From Balanoglossus misakiensis (lineage: Eukaryota; Animalia; Hemichordata), in the NCBI GenBank assembly GCA_040954595.2, contig CM082578.2:13484304-13548303 (forward strand): DNA of 64,000 bases, written 5' to 3'. The translations under genes were made by a program, and so were the position numbers. Below are positions 55,135-64,000 of this stretch, in pieces. The notes beneath the pieces were generated by a model that ran no database searches, was not told the DNA's origin, and was given only the letters and a program-made list of their open reading frames with translations. The number at the start of each line of letters is the position of its first letter. Position 1 is the first letter of the stretch.

Positions 55135-56496
55135 ATGATGACGCTACGTCGAGCGTGTGGTCGGCTGATTGTCCGAATTGACCAGACTCTTCATACGCGA
55201 AATTTTCTTTTAATATTAGCATGGATCGCTGTTTTGTATTTTTACCATCTGTGGCTGGTTGGGCAGCACTCGTCGCCGCCATCCGAGAAATCAGAGTCCA
55301 AGGACCCTGGCGTCATGGTTGCATGGAAACAAGATGTTGCTGCCGAAAGCGATGAGGCCGAATCGGTACAAGAAAGCGATTTTTGGCAGCCCGATTCGAC
55401 GTCAGAAGAAGCTGTCATGGCGACAACACAAACGATCATCCAAAGACCAAGTACTACTGTGATGCTAGCGACAACTGAAAGTGATTTAGTTGTAAAAGCA
55501 ACCGATGCGTCGACCACACCTCAAGATGAAGACAAAGTCAAACTGGAATCTGGGCAGAGATTGGAAACGGCCTCAGATACAGATAAAGATACGACAGTTG
55601 TTGATTACGATAAACTACTGGCCATGAAAAGTGACTCTACGCCAAATGTCGACAGAAAGGCACTGGAATACGAGCAGAACTGGTTTAATGGAACATTAAG
55701 ACCTCACGGTGTTCCCGTGGTTCCCAATATTGCTCATTTTGTGTGGTATACCTGCCACGAATTCCACTACTACCATCTCATCAGTTTGTTGAGCGTGTAC
55801 ACGGTCATGAGAGCCGATCGCATACTCTTCCATACAGACTGCGAGCCAGACGGCCGCTGGTGGACCGAGGCGAAACTCATCCCGGTCCTCGAAGTGATAT
55901 TTAGGGAAGCTCCGACTTCTGTCTTCGGCCAAAAATTAAACCCCTATTGGCCGTCGCACAGCGCTGACATCACCAGACTCCAAGTTCTCCTTGAGTATGG
56001 AGGCATCTACTTTGACCCGGACGTTTTCGTCGTGAATTCGCTTGAACCACTGCGGCATTACGATTTCGTCATGGGTCGGCCACGAGAAGGGAGACTAAAC
56101 AATGCCGTTATTATCTCCAGAAAAGACTCTAGGTTTTTAAGACTCTATTATGAAAGTTACAAACTGTACAATTCAAGCTGTTACTTATGCAACTCCATCG
56201 AAAATCCGAGTAGAATTGCTTATTTTTATAGAAGCTTAATTCACATTGAATTGTTTACACTGGTTTGTTCTGTCAGAGATCTCTGGAGAGTACAGATATA
56301 CGGAAATTTCGACTGGAAACACACTCGATATACGTTGCATTTCTTTTCCAAGTTCATCATTGAGCCTTTGAATCCGGAGAGTATAAAGACAATGAACAAC
56401 ACAGCCGGGGAGGTTGCGAGGTATATCTACTACGGTGTAAGAGAGGCTATTCCAGAAAGTGTTTCCCCTCCTCGTTGGTGGCAGACGTCAGTGTGA
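55135..56496 (+). CDS. GT32-family (Gly_transf_sug, A4GALT/A4GNT-like) glycosyltransferase, type II membrane; probably exon 1 (to 56492) of a two-domain gene
   Basis: ATG at 55135 is followed by TM NFLLILAWIAVLYFYHLWLVG, an acidic S/T-rich stem, then VPNIAHFVW, HSADITRLQVLLEYGGIYFDPDV (DXD) and LNNAVIIS. The stop TGA sits inside a GTGAGT donor. Confidence 0.88.
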   Translation: MMTLRRACGRLIVRIDQTLHTRNFLLILAWIAVLYFYHLWLVGQHSSPPSEKSESKDPGVMVAWKQDVAAESDEAESVQESDFWQPDSTSEEAVMATTQTIIQRPSTTVMLATTESDLVVKATDASTTPQDEDKVKLESGQRLETASDTDKDTTVVDYDKLLAMKSDSTPNVDRKALEYEQNWFNGTLRPHGVPVVPNIAHFVWYTCHEFHYYHLISLLSVYTVMRADRILFHTDCEPDGRWWTEAKLIPVLEVIFREAPTSVFGQKLNPYWPSHSADITRLQVLLEYGGIYFDPDVFVVNSLEPLRHYDFVMGRPREGRLNNAVIISRKDSRFLRLYYESYKLYNSSCYLCNSIENPSRIAYFYRSLIHIELFTLVCSVRDLWRVQIYGNFDWKHTRYTLHFFSKFIIEPLNPESIKTMNNTAGEVARYIYYGVREAIPESVSPPRWWQTSV

Positions 56497-56927
56497 GTAA
56501 ATTTTATTATGTTTTCCGACTGCCCATGGTTGATTGGACAAAATGCAAACATACACACTGTTGGTTTGCCATTTTAATGTATTCCCTGTTTTTGTACAAC
56601 AGGCTTAGGCCTATTTTCCAATTAGAACGTGCTGAATCATAAATTTAGTCGCCCGTTTTCTACACTGAGAAAAAGACACGTGATAACATATAATATTGAC
56701 GATGACCACCTGTTGCGCGTTAGGTCGTGTATAATTTAATCTGAAGACAAAAACAGAGTCAACGGATTTCACGTTTATTGATATAGTAAAAATGGAGAAT
56801 TGAATTACTGTATAAACTGCGCAGAATCACAGAAATTTGATCAAATTATTCAATCATCATTTTGCTTTCGTGTTAAAGGAACGGTTTCGGATACAAAGAT
56901 TTTTAACTATCGTTCATTTTTTTTCAG

Positions 56928-58017
56928 ACAACTGTCACATCGTCAAACGGAAATCAAGTCTGCTCTACGCCAAGCCGACAAGCAATATGAAAAGACTCTC
57001 CCCCAATCACAGAAAACCGCCACTAGTTCCACTATGTCTACACCCATACAAAGCAAAACAGAAGCAAGACAGGCAAGAAAAAGAGATTCGGAAGATCGTC
57101 TCAAAGGTACTCTCCAGCGAGGTGAAGATGTCAATGTACCAAACATTGTACATTATATCTGGTTTAATTGCAAAGAGTTTCACTTTTACAATTTCTTAAG
57201 TTTGCTCAGCGCCTTTCGGATTGTGCAACCTCGAACAATTTATTTCCACACCGACTGTCCTCCGTCGGGCCGATGGTGGGAAGAAGCCAAAATGATACCT
57301 CGCTTTGAAGTACTTGACACCAGACAACCGAAAGTTGTCTTCATGCATTCGCTTAATCCCGAGAACGCAGAACACGTCGTCGATGTTGCCAAGCTGCTGA
57401 CCTTAATGGCGTATGGAGGCATAGTTTCGGATCCTGACGTATTCTTTATAAACTCATTGAAACCACTGCGATACTACGAATTCACCATGGGTCTGCCCAG
57501 TGCTTCTCGACAGGTATCAAACAGTTTAATTATTTCTACCAAAGATGCGTCGTTTTTGCGGTTGTACTATACGAACTACATGAAATACGACGGTGAGTGT
57601 GACATCTGTAACAGCATTCTCTTTCCGACCAAGCTGGCATCCGAACGCAGTGACCTCACCCATCTTACCCATCTTTCCTCGGACGGATTGCCGAAGGTCA
57701 AACGACCTTTTCAGACGAAGACGTACCAGACGGTCAACTGGAGAGAAAAACGCTACGCTATACAGTTTGCCGGTGAAAATCTTCGCGATCTCAACCCCTT
57801 GTCTATACGAGAACTGGAAAGCACGATCGGCGAAGTGTCCAGATATATTTTCTACGGCAAGTCAAAACCAATTCGGTCTGGTGAAAACCCGCCCTCATGG
57901 TTGAAACTGCCGCCGCTGTCGGCACAAGAGTCTCCCGGAGAAGAAAAACCGCCGTCGCACAAGAAGAAGAAGAAGGCGAAGAAGCAAAAGACAAAGTCAA
58001 AGAAAACTACGAGATGA
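56928..58017 (+). CDS. Second GT32 domain exon (no own start or TM); joins in frame to 56492
   Basis: Acceptor cattttttttcag|A at 56927/56928. Encodes VPNIVHYIW, HVVDVAKLLTLMAYGGIVSDPDV, VSNSLIIS and a Lys-rich C-terminus. Confidence 0.85.
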
Positions 58018-58794
58018 TTTTTTTTTACTAAATCTGTTGGAATTAGTCCAACGTCGTTATGGTTTTCAATTAGTTATATTTCTCCTTATACTACTATCAC
58101 TCTTAGACTGTATGTAAGTGTTGATGAATGGGAGACAACGATTGTTGTTTAGATCACCGATACCTAGGACAAAATTTGACTGATTGACTTTGATTAATAT
58201 TAGCAGCCACAAGTTCAAATTGAAAACTGTATCGTTGTAGAAGACGGTAGCTGTGATGGAGAGGTTCAAGGTACAATGTATATGCAAGAGACGAGAGACA
58301 GACAGAGATGCACGCAAATCTGACTTGACTATAGCAAATTATATTCAGAACATATGTCGTTTAATCTACTGAATTACTGCCATTAAAGAAGAATTAACTT
58401 GAAAAGATCGGTGTTAGTCAGATCACGTTTATATCGTTGGTGAGAAAATATAGTTGCTTGGTCGTCGCCGTTGTCAGTCTAAAGACAGAAACACCAATTG
58501 TTCTGCGTGGAAGTATAATCTTTCGGATTTAAAACCTTCATCACTATATTTTACGGAATGTTTTATATCATTTTGCCCCAATAGCAAAAGCGGTCGTGTT
58601 TTGACGCATGGCAGCTGTCGCCATTTAATCCACCAGAAAATAGAGTGATAACCCCACAGGGCAAATACTGGGCAAATCTGTCTTTTGAAGAAAAAAAAGT
58701 GTTATAAAGACCACACTAGAATATTGTCGTGAACCATGGAAGAAAGGAAGGCTTGTTGGGGTTACACTGCACACTCACTATCCCACACCCACCA

Positions 58795-59991
58795 TTATTT
58801 GTCGAGCAGATTGTACCAAAGTTTGGGTTTGCTCTCTATTTGAAGCAACCTCTCGTTTCCATAGTAAATCAGTCTCGAGACCTCGCCAAGAGTAGTTTCC
58901 ATGGTTTTTATCGATTCCGGCGTCAGTACATCTGCGATGCGCCAATAGTGTAGCGAATATTTCCCACTTTTCCAGTCGATATTCCCGTTGAGTTGTTCAC
59001 GGAAGTATTCTTTTTCAGAGCATCCCAAACTACAGTATTCTATGTGTATTAGATCTCTGTGTTCATAGGCTAGCTTATTGGCGTTCAGCATAGAATCGCA
59101 CAGATAACACGTGTTGTTGTAGTTTTTATAGCTGTCGTAATACAGTTTCAGAAACTTGGAGTTTTTACTGGCGATGATGATGGCGTTGTTAAGCCGCTCT
59201 TGTCGCCTTGGTCTGCCCATGACGAAGTCATAGTGTCGGAGTTCTTCGAAAGATTTGACGGCGAATACATCGGTGTCAAGATAAATCCCTCCAAAATTCA
59301 TCAGGGCTTGAATACGTCCCACGTCGGCTAAATGTTGGGGCCACCACGGGTTGATTTTGTTTCCAAATATGGTCCGGGGTGGTTCTCTGATCAAGACCTC
59401 TAACACTGGTATTAATTTGGTTTCATTCCACCAGCGACTGTTCGGTTCGCAGTCGGTATGGAAGAGGATCCTATCCGCTTTTAGTATGCTGTAAGCGCTC
59501 AGCAAGCTTAATAAGTGATGGAACTTAAAGTCTTGACAGGTGAACCACATATAATGAACGATGTTGGGAACTACAGGTGTATCGTGGCGTTTCAAAGTCC
59601 CGTTGAACCAATCCAAGGTAATGGAGCTGGTTGTCACCTCTTCTACCGAGTCGGTTCCATCTTCCGCTGCTGTGACGTCACCAAGCCTGGTTTCCTGGCT
59701 AAGCCCTGGAGCAAGAAGCTTTTTCGAGGATTTTTCTTTCCAGCCAAAGATGTCATCCAAATCAACGTGATCCACTGCCTTTTCGATGTTGTACTGCACC
59801 CGCGAAACCCCGGATTCGCCCTCTGCAAAGCCCACTGGCTGCGAATTGGAATTTGCCAAAAGCCAAAGATGATATGTCCACATAGACACTATCCAGAGTG
59901 CGATGATGGCAACGTTTTTACGATGTGTATGGAAAAATGAAATGACGCGACTCAATGTCCTGTTCATGGGCGATGGTTCGAGTGCACTCAT
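58795..59991 (-). CDS. GT32-family glycosyltransferase paralog, single coding exon, about 398 aa
   Basis: Probable ATG at 59991, just after an acceptor-like sequence. Encodes TM NVAIIALWIVSMWTYHLWLLA, WFNGTL, VPNIVHYMW, HLADVGRIQALMNFGGIYLDTDV and YDFVMGRPR. Highly similar to 55135-56496. Confidence 0.9.
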   Translation of the reverse strand: MSALEPSPMNRTLSRVISFFHTHRKNVAIIALWIVSMWTYHLWLLANSNSQPVGFAEGESGVSRVQYNIEKAVDHVDLDDIFGWKEKSSKKLLAPGLSQETRLGDVTAAEDGTDSVEEVTTSSITLDWFNGTLKRHDTPVVPNIVHYMWFTCQDFKFHHLLSLLSAYSILKADRILFHTDCEPNSRWWNETKLIPVLEVLIREPPRTIFGNKINPWWPQHLADVGRIQALMNFGGIYLDTDVFAVKSFEELRHYDFVMGRPRRQERLNNAIIIASKNSKFLKLYYDSYKNYNNTCYLCDSMLNANKLAYEHRDLIHIEYCSLGCSEKEYFREQLNGNIDWKSGKYSLHYWRIADVLTPESIKTMETTLGEVSRLIYYGNERLLQIESKPKLWYNLLDK

Positions 59992-61128
59992 ATCGCGGAA
60001 ACAACTAGTCTGTGTTTTCCAGTTCAGTAAAACGATTGACGGTGCAACCAACAAAGATGACAGTGTCGACAGAAATATCCAGTTAATATTGTGTTGTGTC
60101 GAACCAGGCTGAGAACATTTTGACTTGGTTTGCACATAATTAACCACACAATGAACCAGAGCAACATCTGTATTCTATTTTTGTCACGTGTGCAGCATCT
60201 GTCAATGGGTTTGATTTTTTTATCTATGCATGCACTCGTGGCATAACACATTGTACATCATAAAGAACACAATAACGTTATTAAAACGGGTTGTTTATTC
60301 TAACGCCAGACTTGCACTATTTGAAATGGGTGTTGAATCTGTGCTGACGTACATTTTCCTCTCAATATCTGTAATTATTTGAAACGATCTCTGTCTCCAA
60401 TTGAATATGAAAGTCTAAACCTCCAGGTTTTAGATGTAATTAATTTCAGTGTCATATGTGCATATGTGGCATTACCCTACTCGGAATAGCGCCCTCCTGC
60501 GGCGAACGTACTGGAAGGGACTATACGACCACACGAAATTTTTTTTCAACAAACATTCAAACCACAATATGTTAACTATTTCTCATATTTTATTTCCTGC
60601 ATAAATGGGTGATCAGTGTGATGATGACATGCAAGTACAAAAATGTTTTTCAAACAAACGAAAAATCAAACATACATGATATGTGAAGTCAAAAACAAAA
60701 TCACAGATTTGCCAAATGTTGCCGTTGGTTAATGTTTGAACTTGCAGCCTCAGGGTCTTTTTCAAGAGAAAAGTCTCTGTGCATTTATTCAGATTCTAAA
60801 ACTATCCACATTATTTACACAATCTGTTGATGTGTCATATGCGTAATATCTCACACTCAACTCTCAAGGTGAATCTTTCACATCAACCGTAGTCAGAATG
60901 TTTTTTTTCAACTGTATATAATATTTACAAATTCATAAAAATGTTCTTAAAGAATGCACACAGAACAAGTTTGTAAAACGATACAAGTTTGTTTGTAGGT
61001 TGATTCACATAAAAATATTTACTTTTTTACAAAATAGAGCATAAATATACAAATATAAAAGAATATTTGATTCTGCGTTTATAAAGCTTTAAAGCAAGGC
61101 TTCATTTTTTTCGAAAGTCCGCAATAAG

Positions 61129-64000
61129 TTATATTTTTGATGTTTGAAATCCCAAGGGATTGTAGGGAGGGGGCAATCTGTAATTAGGGGGTGGACTGTT
61201 GTACTCTGCCTGAGGTGAATAAGCTGGTGGGGGTGTCGGCATTGTTCCTTGGAGGGGTATTTCCCTCAAATACATTGGATCGTCCTCCTCTTCATCTGGG
61301 TAATCACTTTCCGGGTAAGGGGGGAGTCTGTAAGGAGGAGGAGATGGAGGAGTTTGCTCGAAGATTACCGGCGGTGTTGGTGGTGGTCTCGGTGGGGGTG
61401 GAGAGGTTGTGTAGGGCGAGAGGTCATTTCTTAAGATGGCTGGCTGCACTGGTTTCTGTCTTTCTTTGATCTCCTTTTCATCTGGTAAAATTATCGGGCG
61501 CCTGTCGCTGACATACATCGGTTTTTCTGCCCTCAGAAGGAATCTGCTGCCTGGTCGCTTTCTCCTGTACACAAAACAGGCAAGTAGTCCGCACAGGAGG
61601 AAAAGTATTGCGATGATCACAGCGGGAATGATGGCTTTTTCCCAGGCATCCCTGTGTGAGATCAGTGGTACGACTACGACGGCCTCTTCCGATGGTTTGG
61701 GAGACGGTGGCACTGCAGGGCCGCAAGCACCTAGAAGTATCAGTTCAGTTTTTATTGGAGCGTACTCTGGTGCCATCATGCGCTGAAATGACTCGGTCAC
61801 CGCTCCGTCCTGGTAACCCAGTTTGGAATACAACCTCCAGATTGTTTGTAAGTCACAATTTTTAGTCGGCAGAGAGTTGTTCGAGTATGTCCACACAACT
61901 GAGCCTTCTTGTATAGAGTCCACAGAAACATATCTGCTGTTGGTGTCTCTATAATACTGCGATATCTTTGATGCTACGTCGTAACGATTTCTAGCCTTGG
62001 TCATAAAGTTTGCAAAATCCTCATCAAAGGTGATGACGAACTGATGTGTGAAAACTAGACTAGACGCTGGCTGGATAACTATCTCTAGAGCGTCTCTGGC
62101 GCTCTGTCCTGCTGAATCCCTGGCAAGCAGTAAGAACTCCACAGGTCGGCTACTGTAATCTTCATCAAGGGGTATTCCATAGATCATCTGTCTGTTGTCA
62201 TCGTATTGAATCCAGGATGACTGTGGCAATGGCTCTCCAGACATGGTCAAGAGAACAAGTCTCAGATTGCTTGTGTCACCATCTTCCATGTCATAGAAAG
62301 TGTCAGCTGGTATCAGGTGTTCAAGTACATGACCAACTCGCACCGTCAGCTGATCAATATGGTTTATCAGCATTGGTTTTCTGTCTATTGGTGCTGTGTG
62401 GATAGAAACAGACATCATCATTAAACATCGTTAAAATCACATATTATCACTGGCAATATGTTTATTTCAGATCATGCCCTGTATACTATTTCGGGATATA
62501 CAGGCTCCTTCAAGTTCAATACTATGTACATATACGTGTGGCTTGGCCAAATGTGACAGTAAGACTTTTCTGAAATAACAAATTCTGGGAATAGGTACTG
62601 GGTATGTTTACCTTCTGTTGGTGGAATACTACTGGATATAACAATGCTAGACATGGTAGGTGTTGGAGTTGGTGTTACTGGTATTGCCATACTTGTACTG
62701 ACAATGTCGGAAGTCACCAAGGAGCTGAATGTAAATATAGGTGATGAACTCTCAGATAGTATTGGTGTACTTGTAACATCAGATGAACTTAGAGTGATGT
62801 GGGATGTTGTACTAGTGAACGGTGGTGAGCTGGTGGTGATCAGGAACACTTCTGAGCTTGACACAGCCATGTATGGAGTACTGGTCACAAGGACGGGCAA
62901 ACTGGATGGTGTTGGGAGGCAGTCGTCAAAGAGGTTCAATGTCACCTTGATGATTTGGAACTGAGGAAGCAATGTGATGTTAAAGTTCTCCCGCGGAAAC
63001 CCTTCATCATCGGCCATCTGGTCATAGACTTGCATAATCCTGTCTTTATCACAATATGCCCCACTCAGTGAAGAATTATGGAATGTAAAAAAGATTGTAT
63101 CTGGTTCTACATAGTTATCGGATATTTCATCAACAACAACATCATCCAGATTTGGGTCACTGTAGAAGTCGAGAATATCCCTTGCAAGTTCGTATCTATT
63201 GCTGCCTTGCTGAAGAAACAGTGGATAAGTGAAGTCCAGCGACAGTACAAACTGGTGATTGATGGTTTCATTTGGATGTCGTGGGTTGATGTACACTGTG
63301 AAATCCGTGTTCACCGTCAGTCCTTCTGAATCAGTGGCAATCAGTCTGTACTTCGAAGGGGAAAGAGCAAGATGTTCCTGTAAGGGTATACCGTATATGA
63401 GTTGTGTGTTGCTGTCAAACTGAATCCAGGATTTGGAAGGCAAAGCGAATCCCGATGGTGTCTCTAATGACAGCTGTAGCCTGTCTGTCAAACCCTGTTC
63501 TGGATCATAGAATGTTCCAAGTGGGATGGAGAACTCCAAGATGTGTCCAACTGTAATCTCAATATCATCCATTGGAGTGAACACAACTGGTGGTTGATTG
63601 ATGTACTCTGAAAAATGATACACAACACATTTGTTAAGTTCTCATGTTATGAATATAAAATCTACTTTAAAGCAGAACAGACTGCATCACAAGTACATGC
63701 TACATCTAGAAGTCACTACAGTGATCATTAATGATTGTATATTATTATTACCTTACAGCGGAGTAAAAATTTAAATATCTGTACATTTCACTTTGCAAGA
63801 GTTTCAATTTCAAAGTGCATAAGAAGAGCTAATTCAAAACTCTTATGGAAAACAACACATCACCAAATGTCTGTAGTGAAAGGCTTTTGGGGTAAAAATT
63901 ATTACCTGGTGTGGTTGGTATGATGATAGCACTACTGGATATTGATATCTCGCTTGTGATGGCTGATGGGGAAGGTGATGGTACGACAGGAGAACTGGAT
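61129..64000 (-). CDS. DAG1: Dystroglycan-like protein, 3' part (exons 63906->64000, 62612-63607, 61129-62393); 5' end outside the window
   Basis: Two cadherin-like (CADG) plus SEA-like modules (IP..TFYD.E.G.T..L.L.L, SWIQ.D...Q.IYGIPL, L.A.DS.G), S/T/P mucin linkers, EGSVVWTYSNNSL (dystroglycan G|S cleavage context), TM, YRRKR, PIILPDE and a PPxY-rich tail. All introns are phase 1. May be a paralog rather than the ortholog. Confidence 0.88.

Noticed and set aside
54917-55282. 121-aa antisense ORF over the GT32 5' end
   Set aside because: It has no recognisable motif or clear splice support and is best explained as a shadow ORF.
56800-56927. N-terminal extension of the second GT32 ORF from a TTG start
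   Set aside because: Non-ATG start, AT-rich, and ending in a polypyrimidine tract plus AG, so it is intronic.
59992-60147. N-terminal extension of the third GT32 ORF
   Set aside because: GTG start and an acceptor-like sequence near 60009. The ATG at 59991 places the TM at a position matching the paralog.

Overview
AT-rich, intron-containing animal genomic DNA. An invertebrate deuterostome such as a hemichordate or echinoderm is plausible but cannot be proven from this window. Spliced gene models were rebuilt by hand using GT-AG sites and phase continuity. From left to right: a secreted C-type lectin (-); a complete 13-coding-exon single-domain angiotensin-converting enzyme ending in a GPI-like signal (-); a 3-exon HNK-1ST/CHST11-family carbohydrate sulfotransferase (+); a roughly 20 kb non-coding stretch with an orphan promoter and a microexon; a 3-exon Shisa-like membrane protein missed by the ORF track (+); a clockwork-orange/HELT-like bHLH gene surrounded by E-boxes (-); a GT32 (DXD) glycosyltransferase cluster; and the 3' part of a repeat-expanded dystroglycan-like gene (-). 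The main finding is that the two + strand GT32 ORFs splice in frame through a GTGAGT donor that overlaps the first stop codon. This predicts a two-domain Golgi glycosyltransferase sitting beside a third GT32 gene and a mucin-rich dystroglycan. No rRNA, tRNA or CRISPR features were recognised. All family assignments come from remembered motifs, not database searches.
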